Positions 1 to 11,446 of a stretch of 64,000 nt of DNA are shown in pieces. Both the position numbers and the translations under genes were made by a program. Position 1 is the first letter of the stretch, and each line of letters starts with the position of its first letter. The stretch comes from Nitrososphaeraceae archaeon (lineage in GTDB: Archaea; Thermoproteota; Nitrososphaeria; Nitrososphaerales; Nitrososphaeraceae): positions 32,001 through 96,000 of the forward strand of contig DATFEP010000061.1 in the NCBI GenBank assembly GCA_035250975.1, written 5' to 3'. The notes below the pieces were generated by a model that ran no database searches, was not told the origin of the DNA, and saw nothing but the letters and a program-made list of their open reading frames with translations.

Positions 1-1032
1 ATGTCTACCGGTTGCTTGCTTTAAGAAACCCAATACTTTGTCACCTTTCTTAATAGAAGTCACTGGAAGCAGATCTCCATTTTCACGTATAAATTGAATA
101 GTTTCCGCATTTTGTACAATAACAGTACCTTCTATACCATCAGCAATAGCTTTAATTAGTTTTAATGGTCTTGTTTCTATTTTACATCTACCTACAGATA
201 CTACCCTCGAATTACCTTCTCTATTAACTATAAGAATTTCCGTGCCCGATTCTAATTCAGACAGATATTTGGTTGTGCCGTTTGGAAGAACTGTATAACA
301 ATAGATTGCGCCAGCATTTACTCTGAAAGGTCGTGGTGATGTAAATGAGGATCCTGATGATTCATTATGTAATAGGAACATAAAGTTTGACTTACTACCA
401 ACTAACATTCCTTCTCCCTTTTCTAGTATAGAAACAGTATCGACACAAACCCTCTCTCCGACTCCAACATCCTTAACTTCGATGATTTGACATGACTGTA
501 TAGCGACGTTCTTCTTTTCCAGGTATCTTTTAGATTCCTTTATTTCCTCCAGATTTCCAGTTGAGAGTATAACCCCATCGACCCCCAATTCTAATACAGA
601 AAACATTGTCCTTACTTCATCAGAATTTTTTGCCATAGTGATTATCTTGGTGTTTGTGTTTTGAAGATTTGCTATAATATTTTCTAATGGAATTATCTTC
701 CAATCAGCTGTGTCAATGATAACATAATTCGCACCCAATGATTCTGCAGTCTGAATATCTACAATATCACTATTGGAGAGAACTTTCTTATAGTATGCTA
801 GAAATTTACCTGAATCTTTATTCTTTTGCAAGAGAGCATGTGTTTGACATATTATAATATCAGCAGCATTAGATTCATAAATCGTCTTAAAATTTTGACT
901 CTGATTTAATAATGGATCGATATAGAACAAGTTTATACCATTCATACAAATTATAGCGTCTAGGAAGTTCTTAAGATCTGAATCATTTACTGTAGGTTTG
1001 ATAATCAGTTCTTTACCTTTTGTTTTTTCCAA
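1..1032 (-). CDS. aroB': 3-dehydroquinate synthase II (archaeal AroB'), 3' end runs off the window
   Basis: Manual translation from TTG at 1032: ...DWKIIPLENIIA...LELGVDGV...GERVCVDT...RPFRVNAGAI...YLSELESG...QNAETI; overlaps the end of aroA'; not in the ORF track because it has no stop in the window. Confidence 0.92.
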   Translation of the reverse strand, partial: MEKTKGKELIIKPTVNDSDLKNFLDAIICMNGINLFYIDPLLNQSQNFKTIYESNAADIIICQTHALLQKNKDSGKFLAYYKKVLSNSDIVDIQTAESLGANYVIIDTADWKIIPLENIIANLQNTNTKIITMAKNSDEVRTMFSVLELGVDGVILSTGNLEEIKESKRYLEKKNVAIQSCQIIEVKDVGVGERVCVDTVSILEKGEGMLVGSKSNFMFLLHNESSGSSFTSPRPFRVNAGAIYCYTVLPNGTTKYLSELESGTEILIVNREGNSRVVSVGRCKIETRPLKLIKAIADGIEGTVIVQNAETIQFIRENGDLLPVTSIKKGDKVLGFLKQATGRH

Positions 1033-1822
1033 GATTTCTTAATACCTCTCTGGGATTTTTCTCTTTAATAATAATTTCATGTAATGCTCTAACTAGTGAT
1101 GGGGGATCTCTGTGCTGAAAAATATTTCTGCCAAAAGTTACACCCATTGCACCTGCTTTAATTGCACTTGAACACATTTCAAGAATGTCTAAATCAGTTT
1201 TTGCTTTTGGACCACCAGCAATCACCACAGGTACTGGACAACTTTTTATGACAGATTTAAATGAATCAATGTCTCCCGTGTATACGGACTTTACTATATC
1301 AGCGCCTGCTTCTGCTCCTATTCTAGTAACGTGAGCAACGACGTTTGGATCATAGGGGTTTTTTATGTTTTCACCTCTTGGGTACATCATAGCTAACAAT
1401 GGAACATTCCACAATTGGCACTCATCTGAAATCATTCCAAGGATTTCCAGCATTTCTGGTTCCTCCTTTGCACCTATGTTTACATGAACAGAGACCGCAT
1501 CAGAACCTAAACGTATTGCCTCTTCAACACTTCCCATCAAGACTTTCTTATTTGGATAGGGACCTAATGAAGTACTAGCAGAAAGATGAGTAATTAAACC
1601 GATATTTACAGGTCTTGCCATGGATTTGAGGATTCCTTTATTAATAATTACTGAAGTTAATCCTGAATTCTCACATTGGTAAATCATACCATGAGCATCT
1701 TCCAAACCCTTTATGGGGCCATCAGTTATTCCATGATCCATAGGAATACATAACATTTTTCCATCTTTTGTAATTCGGTTTGTGCGAATGTCTCTTCCAG
1801 AGACCATAGGATTGAAGGACAT
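1013..1822 (-). CDS. aroA': 2-amino-3,7-dideoxy-D-threo-hept-6-ulosonate synthase (class I aldolase family)
   Basis: PMDHG, GADIVK, AGGPK, GRNIFQH motifs; adjacent to DHQS II; start may be ATG 1807. Confidence 0.9.
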   Translation of the reverse strand: MSFNPMVSGRDIRTNRITKDGKMLCIPMDHGITDGPIKGLEDAHGMIYQCENSGLTSVIINKGILKSMARPVNIGLITHLSASTSLGPYPNKKVLMGSVEEAIRLGSDAVSVHVNIGAKEEPEMLEILGMISDECQLWNVPLLAMMYPRGENIKNPYDPNVVAHVTRIGAEAGADIVKSVYTGDIDSFKSVIKSCPVPVVIAGGPKAKTDLDILEMCSSAIKAGAMGVTFGRNIFQHRDPPSLVRALHEIIIKEKNPREVLRNLGKNKR

Positions 1823-1917
1823 AATTGAGCTACTTAAAGTAATCTACTAATTTCTTAAATTAGAAAATCATCAACATAAGTACCTTTCAACATATTATAA
1901 AATAATCTAATCAACCA

Positions 1918-2700
1918 TTATTTTAAGAAACAGATTTTTGGTAGATTTCTCTTATGATGTGTTTTTGAAATTAAATTCTGAATAAATAACAAATCTTTAA
2001 TATCGAATCCTATTCCTGGTGGAAGATCATGATTATACTTGTTTCTTAATATGTCCATCATGTTTTCTTTTTCAAGGAATTTCAAAATCTTATCGATTTT
2101 AGAATATTTCATTCCAATCTCTTCCTCTGCTGACTGACCTTTCCACAAAGATGGACTACTTTTTTTATTTAGGATAGAAGAAGGAATGTTTAAATATTTT
2201 CCCAATTCACGTACTTGAGTTTTATAAAGATCGCCTAATGGAAATATATCAGCTGCACCGTCACCAAACTTAGTAAAATATCCTATCCGTAGCTCACTTT
2301 TATCAGATGGACCAATTACTAGTAAGTTATTCAGATTTGCATAATAATAAATTATATTCATACGAATTCGTGCGGTTAGATTTCCAATCGATAGTTGATT
2401 TTCTGGTAAAAGTTTAGTATAATTTTGTTTGAGATCATTTATATCTATTAAACGGTAACGTACATTTAGTATTCTTGATATAGATAAAGCATCCTCAATA
2501 TCTTTTTGAGATGTAATATCTGTATCCGGAATAATTAAACCAATAATATCTTTAGTGTCTATAGCTTTAGTCGCTAAATAAACAGCAACACTGGAATCAA
2601 TTCCACCACTTAATCCTAAAACAACGCCCTTAGTATTGGAGCTTTTTACTTCTTCTTTAATAAATTTAGAAATTCTAATAACAATCTCTTCAAAGTCCAA
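1918..2700 (-). CDS. nadE: NH3-dependent NAD+ synthetase
   Basis: GLSGGIDS, NLTARIRM, GYFTKFGDG, LYKTQV motifs. Confidence 0.95.
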   Translation of the reverse strand: MDFEEIVIRISKFIKEEVKSSNTKGVVLGLSGGIDSSVAVYLATKAIDTKDIIGLIIPDTDITSQKDIEDALSISRILNVRYRLIDINDLKQNYTKLLPENQLSIGNLTARIRMNIIYYYANLNNLLVIGPSDKSELRIGYFTKFGDGAADIFPLGDLYKTQVRELGKYLNIPSSILNKKSSPSLWKGQSAEEEIGMKYSKIDKILKFLEKENMMDILRNKYNHDLPPGIGFDIKDLLFIQNLISKTHHKRNLPKICFLK

Positions 2701-2901
2701 CGTTATTGAAATAGGAATAATGACATGATTATTAAATAGATCTAATTTTAGATAAATCTGTTTAAATGTAATAAAGAGAATTCTCTAACAAGAAATAAAG
2801 TATAATCAAACTCTCAATAAGGTGATATTAATAATTGAACTAATGAACCGAAGGTAAAAATAAAGAATTTTAATTAGTGATAGAAAATAAGTATAATATC
2901 T

Positions 2902-3966
2902 TTGGCCAAGGCATTTATTAATTCGTATACTAAGGCAGGTGTGAACGTAAAAAAAATACGTTCGGTACAAGAAAACATAGGAAAAATGATTGCAGAATCA
3001 AATTCTTACCAAAATATTGGGAAAATATTAAGTGGATTTGGTCATTATTCTGGATTAATTAAACTTGGAAATAATGTAATAGCGCTCCATACTGATGGAG
3101 TAGGTACCAAAGTACTCATATGCCAAAAAATGAATTGTTTTGACACAATAGGAATAGATTGTATTGCAATGAATGTTAATGATATTATTTGTACAGGAGC
3201 TGAACCATTTGCATTTGTTGACTATATTGCACTAAAATCTGCCAACGAAAAATTAGTCAAAAAACTACTAAAAGGATTAGTTAGCGGAGCTAAGGTTTCA
3301 AGAGTTGCGATCGTGGGGGGTGAAACAGCAGTAGTTCCAGAGATATTATCTGGAGAATCAGATGACGCATTTGACCTTGCTGGAACTGCTATAGGATTAA
3401 CCGCTCCTGATAGATTAATTTTAGGCAATAATATACGAACTGGAGATGTGATATTAGGGATAGAAAGCAATGGATTACATTCAAATGGTTTTACATTGGC
3501 AAGGAAAGTATTATCAAAATATTCGATAGATGATATTCCAAGATTCTTAACAAAACCAATTGGAGAAGAATTACTTTCTCCAACTAGAATTTATGTTAGA
3601 CCTATAATGGAATTGATAAAAGATAAAAACATATCTGTCCATGGACTTGCACACATAACAGGAGGATCCTTTACAAAATTAAAAAGATTAAATAGCAAAG
3701 TAAGATTCAACCTTTCAAAACTTCCGAAGATTGAGGGAATTTTTAAACAGATTCAAAGTGATGGAAAAATTGATGTGAAAGAAATGTATAGAACTTTCAA
3801 TATGGGGATAGGATTCTGTTTGATTATGCCCAAGAATTCTGTAGATAAGACGACAAGCATAGTTGAAAAACACAAAATGAGGGTATTTGATATCGGAGAA
3901 ATCGATTCAAGTGGAACAGGTAATGTAGTTGGAAAGATAAATGGAAAGAAACATATATTTGCATAG
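2902..3966 (+). CDS. purM: Phosphoribosylformylglycinamidine cyclo-ligase (AIR synthetase)
   Basis: TDGVGTK, AMNVND, GGETA, SNGLHSNG, HITGG, TFNMGIG. Confidence 0.96.
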   Translation: MAKAFINSYTKAGVNVKKIRSVQENIGKMIAESNSYQNIGKILSGFGHYSGLIKLGNNVIALHTDGVGTKVLICQKMNCFDTIGIDCIAMNVNDIICTGAEPFAFVDYIALKSANEKLVKKLLKGLVSGAKVSRVAIVGGETAVVPEILSGESDDAFDLAGTAIGLTAPDRLILGNNIRTGDVILGIESNGLHSNGFTLARKVLSKYSIDDIPRFLTKPIGEELLSPTRIYVRPIMELIKDKNISVHGLAHITGGSFTKLKRLNSKVRFNLSKLPKIEGIFKQIQSDGKIDVKEMYRTFNMGIGFCLIMPKNSVDKTTSIVEKHKMRVFDIGEIDSSGTGNVVGKINGKKHIFA

Positions 3967-4081
3967 ATTTATGTTCCTAATAATTAAACACATTGCATTA
4001 ACTATTCAAACCAATTTATTCTTAAAAATCATTAAGATATAGCTAAAAATATAGAGATGTTATAACGGGTATTTGACAATA

Positions 4082-5689
4082 TCAAATATATTTTTCCATA
4101 ATTTCACACGTCCTATCCAATCCTAAATCAACAAGATAATTTCCTAGTTTGGGACCTCGATCGCAATTTATCAACATCCGATAGAGTAACTTGAAGAAAA
4201 CACGTGGTTCAATCTCATATTTTTTTGTTATCTCAAAAATGATGGTTTGTATGTCGTTTGACAGATTTTCGCTTTCTTTTCCAATTAGATCCTTAAATTT
4301 GTTCACTAATTCCATTATAGCATTCTTTTCTTTTTGTTCGATGGAAATTTCGAAAGCTTTTTCTGAAATCAAGTCATCAGCCCAATTCGAGGCAAGACTT
4401 ATTTTATTTATTAAATCTTCTGTTTTTTCTTCTACCAGTCCATATTTTTTAAGCCTTGACAAGATATTATCAGATCGTCCCTCACCAGTAAAAAGCGAGG
4501 CTTGTTGTACTAATATCCTGTACGGTATATGTTTAAGACTATTATAAGGAGGATTAAGCTTATTAACATATTCATAGATTCCTTTTAATTTAATCTTTTT
4601 AGAATTATTATTTTCCTTAATTTTGTCAAAATAAATATCCTCATAATAATCATATTCGTCCATTAGTGTTGGAATGTCATCTAATCCAATGTGTCTAGTT
4701 CCTGAAATCCTCTTAAATAATAATAATAGAATAGACGCCGGCGTACCATATTTCAACCACATTTGAGGAGTTAAAACATTACCAGCTGATTTACTAATTT
4801 TTTTACCTTCCTTATCCAGAAACATCTCATATTTTACGTGCAATGGATGTGGAAAATTCAATAGAGAAGTAGATACCCAGTCATTTACCCGTACCGAATC
4901 CATAATATCCTTACCGTACGCCTCAAATCGTATATCTAATGCTTTCCATCTTGCTGCAAATTCAACTTTCCAAGCTAGTTTTCCTTCACCTTTAGAAATA
5001 TCAGATTCTCCTTTATGCCCACACCCCGATAATTCTTTTGTTCCTATTTTACTACCAGAACAAGAATAAAGTACTTTGCGTTCATTGGACAAATATTTTT
5101 CAGCACGTGCAACATACAATCTCCCACAATTATTACATACTGGAAAATAAGGTAACACGTCAATATATTTATCTTGACCTACAAGATTGGATATTTTTTT
5201 TCCCAGTAGTTCATTGTTACTGAGAATACAATCAATTTCTCTCCCAAGAATACCACTTTTATACACATCTGAGGCGCTTTTATAATTAAATTTGATACCC
5301 ACTTTATCTAGACTTTCTAAAAGAAGACTACTCATGTGTTCACCATATGACTTGTGACAATTTCCAAACGGATCAGGAATTGTTGAAACAGGTTTTGCAA
5401 TATAGTCATCAAGCCAAGGTGGGAAACCGGTCGGAATCTTTCTTAATCCATCCATATCATCTGAATATGTTATTAATTCAGATTTAAAACCAAGATTGTT
5501 TAATGCCAAACCGATCCCGTAGGCACGTACTGCGTCACCCATGCTTCCGATATGAGGTATTCCGGATGCCCCAAGTCCACTTTCTACTTTTATTAGATTT
5601 ATACTTCTTCCCAATTTTTCTTCCCTAATAATTAGCGAATTTGCTACCTTGTCTAACCACGTTCCTTTTCCTATAATTTTATCTTTCAT
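4082..5689 (-). CDS. lysS: Lysine--tRNA ligase, class I
   Basis: ASGIPHIG (HIGH-like), KISKSAGN (KMSKS-like), GKLAWKVEFAARW, GPKLG. Confidence 0.95.
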   Translation of the reverse strand: MKDKIIGKGTWLDKVANSLIIREEKLGRSINLIKVESGLGASGIPHIGSMGDAVRAYGIGLALNNLGFKSELITYSDDMDGLRKIPTGFPPWLDDYIAKPVSTIPDPFGNCHKSYGEHMSSLLLESLDKVGIKFNYKSASDVYKSGILGREIDCILSNNELLGKKISNLVGQDKYIDVLPYFPVCNNCGRLYVARAEKYLSNERKVLYSCSGSKIGTKELSGCGHKGESDISKGEGKLAWKVEFAARWKALDIRFEAYGKDIMDSVRVNDWVSTSLLNFPHPLHVKYEMFLDKEGKKISKSAGNVLTPQMWLKYGTPASILLLLFKRISGTRHIGLDDIPTLMDEYDYYEDIYFDKIKENNNSKKIKLKGIYEYVNKLNPPYNSLKHIPYRILVQQASLFTGEGRSDNILSRLKKYGLVEEKTEDLINKISLASNWADDLISEKAFEISIEQKEKNAIMELVNKFKDLIGKESENLSNDIQTIIFEITKKYEIEPRVFFKLLYRMLINCDRGPKLGNYLVDLGLDRTCEIMEKYI

Positions 5690-6096
5690 TTATGACGTCT
5701 CCATACAAAGTCTATACGATATAGAACATGCAAGTAATTTTTATATTAACACTATAGTAATGATTTGAATTCTGCATTAATTTCATAGTGTAGTAGAGAG
5801 TATAAAGTTGTTTTTCAAACGAAAAGCACACCGTTAAGTTAAATTAAGAAGTAAGGTCTATTGCTATGTATGTTATATTCTAATTCATAGAAATAATTAC
5901 ATTTAAAAGAAACAGAAGCTTCCCCCCATCGTCTAAATGTATTCTACATGTTTATATTTTATCAGATTTATACCAAATACAATTTAAGGAGTACGTAACA
6001 ATACATTCTTTAATTAACAAGTACGATAAAAAATGCGATTATTTCTTTATTAGAATCTGTTTATTAAATTCTGTTACTATAACAAATAGAAATAGT

Positions 6097-7695
6097 TTAC
6101 ACTAAAATTTTGGTAACATATGGACCATTTTGAATATAGCCTATTTTCTTATAATATTCTCTTGTTCCTACGGCACTTATAACTGAGATTTTATTTACGC
6201 AAAATTCTTCTTTTGATATTTTTTCAGCTTCTTGCATTAATCTCAAACCTAAACCCTTGTGTTGATAATATCCATTATCATTTTTCTGACCAATATCTAT
6301 CAACTTCCCATAAACATGTAATTCTCTTACTATAGCAGTGGCATTCAATGGAATAGAATTATCCTGCAATTCTTTCCTTCTGGGATTAAGTATATTTCTT
6401 AGTCGCAAAAAACCAAAAATTATTTTATTATCTTTACTTTCCATAGATAAGAATACTTCTTTTCCTCCTGAAGCAAGAAAGTCTATTCTACTTAATTTAA
6501 TATCTTGATAAGATTCGAACATATTTCTTCTCATCATTGGTTCTCTACATCTTATACATTTACAAAATATACCATCGTCTTTTAATTTTTTAAGAACAAT
6601 TTGACGAATATTTCCCCTTCTAGTACCATTTACAATATCTACAGGTTCTATTTCTCTTTGAATTCTCATAATTCGAACCCATGGAGGAATAATCTTCTTG
6701 ACTTCCATCAAGATATTTACAATATCATCTTCAGAATAAGGAGAATATTGTCCCTTTTTATATAACTTATATAATCCGGTTCCTTGAAGAACAAGGGTGG
6801 GATAAATTTTTAACATGTCGGGTTTAAAATCAGGATTCTCAAATAGCATCTTAATATTATCTATATCTTTTTCAGGCGTTGAACCAGGTAATCCTGGCAT
6901 CATATGACCTACGATTTTGTATCCAGCGTCTCTCGATAATTTAAAAGATTCCCTAACATCTAAAAGAGTATGGCCTCTATTTACTAATCGATAGACATTA
7001 TCATCTAAAGCTTGAATTCCTATTTCAACTCTAGTTACTCCCATTTCTAACATTAAATCTATTTGTTTCTCTTTGCAATAATCAGGTTTAGTTTCAACAG
7101 TAAAGCCTACACAGCGATTTTTGGCTTGTTCATTAGTCTTTAATGCATTTTCTAATGTAGATGACTGACAATCGTTTAGAGCATCGTAACATGATTTAAC
7201 AAAATCCTTTTGATATGTTTCTGGCATAAATGGAAATGTTCCACCAACTATAACCAATTCAATTTTGCTAATATTGTGACCACGTCTATGAAGTTGTTCT
7301 AATTTTGATTTGACCTGCAAATATGGATCAAAATATACGGATTGTGCTATTCGTGTTGCTGGTTCTGTCCCAACATAACTCATGGGAGTATTATATTCTA
7401 CTCCACCAGGACAATATATACATCTGCCATGTGGACAATCATACGGTTTAGGCATTACTGTAATTACTGCTATTCCTGATGCAGTTTTAGTAGGTTTAAC
7501 AAGAAGAATATCCCTATAACGATCGTTTGTAGTTAAATATGATAGTATATCTTCATTTTTTGGAACGATAGAAAGCTTAAATTTAGACGAAGCTGATTTG
7601 ATTATTTTAAAAATATCTTTTGTAGATAGATCTTTTCTAAGTTGCAATTCTCGTGCTATATGCTGACAAGCCTCAAAATAATTATCATAGTTCAA
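6097..7695 (-). CDS. elp3: tRNA uridine(34) acetyltransferase Elp3 (radical SAM + GNAT)
   Basis: CPHGRCIYCPGG, ETKPD, KIYPTLV, RELHVYG, QHKGLG. Confidence 0.95.
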   Translation of the reverse strand: MNYDNYFEACQHIARELQLRKDLSTKDIFKIIKSASSKFKLSIVPKNEDILSYLTTNDRYRDILLVKPTKTASGIAVITVMPKPYDCPHGRCIYCPGGVEYNTPMSYVGTEPATRIAQSVYFDPYLQVKSKLEQLHRRGHNISKIELVIVGGTFPFMPETYQKDFVKSCYDALNDCQSSTLENALKTNEQAKNRCVGFTVETKPDYCKEKQIDLMLEMGVTRVEIGIQALDDNVYRLVNRGHTLLDVRESFKLSRDAGYKIVGHMMPGLPGSTPEKDIDNIKMLFENPDFKPDMLKIYPTLVLQGTGLYKLYKKGQYSPYSEDDIVNILMEVKKIIPPWVRIMRIQREIEPVDIVNGTRRGNIRQIVLKKLKDDGIFCKCIRCREPMMRRNMFESYQDIKLSRIDFLASGGKEVFLSMESKDNKIIFGFLRLRNILNPRRKELQDNSIPLNATAIVRELHVYGKLIDIGQKNDNGYYQHKGLGLRLMQEAEKISKEEFCVNKISVISAVGTREYYKKIGYIQNGPYVTKILV

Positions 7696-7926
7696 TATTA
7701 ATATTCATCACATACTCCAAATCGATAATAAGATGTTTGTGTTCCTTCGATATAATAGACATTAGAAAACAAGTAATATAAAGAGGAACAATAGTTATTC
7801 TATTATTCATATCAGAATAAAAATAGAAATAACATATATTTTAAACGTAATAAAGTGTGTTTAGAGTATTAATAAAAAGATTCTTTGAAATGAATACTTA
7901 TAAGAAATACGATAGGAGAAAGTGTT

Positions 7927-8874
7927 ATGAAGGTTACCATATTTTCTCATGAATCCGATCTGGATGGAATAATCTCTGCATCAATTGGAATGATCCGCTA
8001 TCCACAGGCAAAAATTGTCTTTATGGATTATACCAGAGAAAGTTTCATGAAAATGATCAAGGTAATGGATTTTTCAAATAATTCAAGTGAAAACAATCTA
8101 TATATTATTTCGGATCTTGGTCTTAATGATAATTTAATCAATTCGTTAAGGGATATTTTTGAACGGGTTAGAACTAGAGAAAATAAAATAATATGGGTTG
8201 ATCATCATCCTTGGTCAACAAATGCCGTAAATGAACTGAAAGAAATCATTGAACTGGTTTTAAACAATTCAGGTAACAGATGTGCTGCTGAATTAATGTA
8301 TGAACGATTCTTACAAGGAAATGAGAATGCAGAGAAATTGGCAAGTATAGCACATTCCATGGATTTCTTTACGAAAGACCAATATCTTACTCCAATATCA
8401 GAACTAATTAAATATTATCTAAGTTTTAATGATTCACACACAAGATTAGGTGAATTGAGTACCAAAATCTCGAAGGGAATATTGTGGGATCTAGATATGG
8501 ATAAAGATTACAAAAAATACATACCTCTTTATGAGAAGGAAAAAGAATATGCATTAACAGAACTAATAAGAAAAGACGTGATGGATTTAGATGTAGTGTT
8601 TGTAAAATCATCACCTTACTTACAAACCAGCCTATTTGCTCAAGAAATTTTTGATATTACTAAAGCTGACCTGGCTATATTTTACGATAAAAATGGAAAA
8701 ATAAGTATTAGACGAAGTAATGAAAAAATTGCATGTAATGAAATAGCAGAAAATCTAATTGATGGTGGTGGACATAAATTTGCTGCAGGTGGAAATATTA
8801 AATCTGGACTATCAAATACGGAAGATCTGATTTCAGAGGTAGAAAAAGCTATAATAAAAACATTGGTTAAATAG
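7927..8874 (+). CDS. DHH/DHHA1-family phosphoesterase
   Basis: HESDLDG, DLG, WVDHH, GGGHKFAAGG. Confidence 0.85.
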   Translation: MKVTIFSHESDLDGIISASIGMIRYPQAKIVFMDYTRESFMKMIKVMDFSNNSSENNLYIISDLGLNDNLINSLRDIFERVRTRENKIIWVDHHPWSTNAVNELKEIIELVLNNSGNRCAAELMYERFLQGNENAEKLASIAHSMDFFTKDQYLTPISELIKYYLSFNDSHTRLGELSTKISKGILWDLDMDKDYKKYIPLYEKEKEYALTELIRKDVMDLDVVFVKSSPYLQTSLFAQEIFDITKADLAIFYDKNGKISIRRSNEKIACNEIAENLIDGGGHKFAAGGNIKSGLSNTEDLISEVEKAIIKTLVK

Positions 8875-8912
8875 TAATAACAATAACCGAAAAATGGTGT
8901 AAATTTTAAAAT

Positions 8913-9545
8913 TTGTTGACATTTGAGTGTAATAGTAAAGAAGATATAACTAGATGTATTTCAATCATCAAACAAGGCGGCGTAGTGGTTTTTCCCACCG
9001 ATACAGTTTATGGGATTGGATGTGATCCGTATAATGAAGAGGCAATTGAGAGGATATTTAGGATTAAGAAAAGAAGTAAAACCAAACCCCTTCCTATCTT
9101 GACTCATAATGTAGAATCAGTAAAAAAAATAATCAATCTAGATAAAATTGGAAGTAAGTTGGCTAAAGCATTCTGGCCAGGACAATTAACCATTATTGGA
9201 CATTTAATAGATGATAATATTCCAAAAATTGTTACTGGTGGAAAGGAATCTTTGGGAGTAAGAATTCCAAACAATTTATGTACACTTGAACTTCTCAAAG
9301 GTTGTAATTTTCTATTAGGAACTAGTGCAAATATATCTGACACAGATCCGAGCGTTTCTGCTCAACAAATCTTGGAATCCGACCTGAAAGGGTATGATGC
9401 GATTCTAATTGGAGAAAATAGTATATTGAAAAGGAATGTTTTAAGCTCTACAATAGTCGACATTACTCAAAATTCCCTTGAAATTTTAAGAGAAGGACCA
9501 ATTAAATCGGAAGATATTTACGAAATCATATCTAGACCAAAGTAG
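8913..9545 (+). CDS. sua5: L-threonylcarbamoyladenylate synthase (single-domain TsaC/Sua5/YrdC)
   Basis: FPTDTVYGIG, KKRSKTKPL, WPGQLT, TSANIS. Confidence 0.92.
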   Translation: MLTFECNSKEDITRCISIIKQGGVVVFPTDTVYGIGCDPYNEEAIERIFRIKKRSKTKPLPILTHNVESVKKIINLDKIGSKLAKAFWPGQLTIIGHLIDDNIPKIVTGGKESLGVRIPNNLCTLELLKGCNFLLGTSANISDTDPSVSAQQILESDLKGYDAILIGENSILKRNVLSSTIVDITQNSLEILREGPIKSEDIYEIISRPK

Positions 9546-10084
9546 TGGATTTCAACCTAATCATCACAACTTATAGACATAAAGAAGAAGAAGCTATTGA
9601 AGAAGCGATAATATTATTTGAAAGGGCTGGTGATAGGAATGTTGATTTTGTTATAAGTAAAGTTTCTGGGATTGTTTTAGGGTATACAAATCTTGATCAA
9701 TTTGAAATTATGTCTAAATTTAGGAAGATATTGATGGATGAGCCTTGGCAATTCAGATATATTCTAAGAATTATACCAATAGAGAGATCGACCACAACAG
9801 ATCTAAAAACAATTCAAAGAGAAGTTGAAAATTTAGTGCAGAAAAAAATATCATTTAATGATACGTACAGAATTACAGTGGAAAAAAGACACACGGAGTT
9901 AAGTACAAATCAAATAATAAATTATATTGCGAATAAATTGCAGTTTAAGGTTTCCCTGGATAATCCCGATTGGATTATTTTAATACAAGTGATTGGTAAT
10001 TTAACAGGTATTTCAATAATCAAAAAAAATCAAATTTTTAATTCCGTGATAGAAAAAAGGAATATAGGATTAGAATTTGAATAA
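9545..10084 (+). CDS. THUMP-domain RNA-binding protein (Tan1-like)
   Basis: LRIIPI, YRITVEKR, KVSLDNPDWIILIQV typical of standalone THUMP proteins. Confidence 0.8.
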   Translation: MDFNLIITTYRHKEEEAIEEAIILFERAGDRNVDFVISKVSGIVLGYTNLDQFEIMSKFRKILMDEPWQFRYILRIIPIERSTTTDLKTIQREVENLVQKKISFNDTYRITVEKRHTELSTNQIINYIANKLQFKVSLDNPDWIILIQVIGNLTGISIIKKNQIFNSVIEKRNIGLEFE

Positions 10085-10395
10085 TACAATTTTTCTTCTG
10101 TTTTTTAACGTTGATGAAGATTTTTAATAAAAGGCGAATAAAAACATAATTATAGATTTTTGATAATTTGTTTATCAATTCATTTATAATTTTATTTCAT
10201 CAATTTTATTCTTTATTATCTCGAAAGATATGCAAGTTGATTTTGCCAATCTTGTAGTTTTAAAAGTATATTCAATCTATTCCTTTTGAATTATTATATC
10301 TTCTAAATGCTGTCGACAACGTATATAAAAATTTGTTAATAAAGTAATGAAATACATATTTATTGAATTGTCTATTTATTTTGTATTGTCAATTT

Positions 10396-11334
10396 ATGAC
10401 TAGGAAAAATCATTTTTTTGGAAAAGATATAGTATCAATCAAAGATTTTTCTAGGGAAGATCTGGAATTTATTTTTCAAGCGACTGACATAATTAATAAA
10501 TCAGATCCTGATGAGAAAAGCGAATTAGGTAAAGGTAGAACTTTAGGTTACATTTTTTATGAACCTAGTACTAGAACAAGAATGAGTTTTGAAGCAGCGA
10601 TGGCATCCCTTGGAGGTAGCTCGATTGGGATTTTTGATTCTAAATTTTCATCTATTGAAAAAGGTGAAAGTCTAGCTGATACTGTAAGAATAATGGATTT
10701 ATATTCAGACATAATAATTTTAAGACATCCTAGAGACGGTTCAAGCAGATATGCAGCAGAGCTTTCTAATAATCCCATAATCAATGCCGGAAGTGGAAGC
10801 GAAGAACATCCAACACAGGCAATGCTTGATTTATACACCATAAAAAAAGAAAAAGGAAAGATAGATGATCTAACTATCGGAATAGTAGGTGACTTGAAAT
10901 ACGGAAGAACAGTATACTCGTTGTTATATGGATTGCAAAATTATAGAGTAAATATTTATCTGATCTCGCCTCCAACACTGAACATAAGAAAAGAATCAAT
11001 TTATGAAATTCAGAACAAGATAAAAATAAAACAAGAAAATTATTTAAATGACGTGATTACTAAACTGGATGTTTTATATGTTACTAGAATACAGAAAGAA
11101 AGATTTCCAGATGTTCAAGAATATGAAAAAGTTAAGGGCACTTATAGAATCGATGAAAAAATCTTGAATAACACAAAGGCAGATTTGTCCATAATGCATC
11201 CATTGCCAAGATTCGATGAAATATCTCATTCGATTGATGTGTCTCCAAAAGCAATCTATTTCAAACAGGCTGCATATGGTAAAGAGTTAAGAGCAGCTTT
11301 GTTAGCAGTCATATTAAATGAAAATCCTTTTTAG
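10396..11334 (+). CDS. pyrB: Aspartate carbamoyltransferase catalytic subunit
   Basis: FYEPSTRTR, HPTQAMLD, GDLKYGRTV, MHPLPR; ATG 10396 preferred over TTG 10363. Confidence 0.96.
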   Translation: MTRKNHFFGKDIVSIKDFSREDLEFIFQATDIINKSDPDEKSELGKGRTLGYIFYEPSTRTRMSFEAAMASLGGSSIGIFDSKFSSIEKGESLADTVRIMDLYSDIIILRHPRDGSSRYAAELSNNPIINAGSGSEEHPTQAMLDLYTIKKEKGKIDDLTIGIVGDLKYGRTVYSLLYGLQNYRVNIYLISPPTLNIRKESIYEIQNKIKIKQENYLNDVITKLDVLYVTRIQKERFPDVQEYEKVKGTYRIDEKILNNTKADLSIMHPLPRFDEISHSIDVSPKAIYFKQAAYGKELRAALLAVILNENPF

Positions 11335-11446
11335 AATTCGATTATAAAAATTACGACAAGTATTCTGACATTATTTTACTGTCAAGTAATACATTTAGTC
11401 ACTAGCTGATATAATTAACATAAAGTAACACATTGACTATTACTTG

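Noticed and set aside
5919-5937. CCCCCCATCGTCTA resembling a tRNA 5' end
   Set aside because: No D arm, T arm or acceptor partner follows; probably chance.
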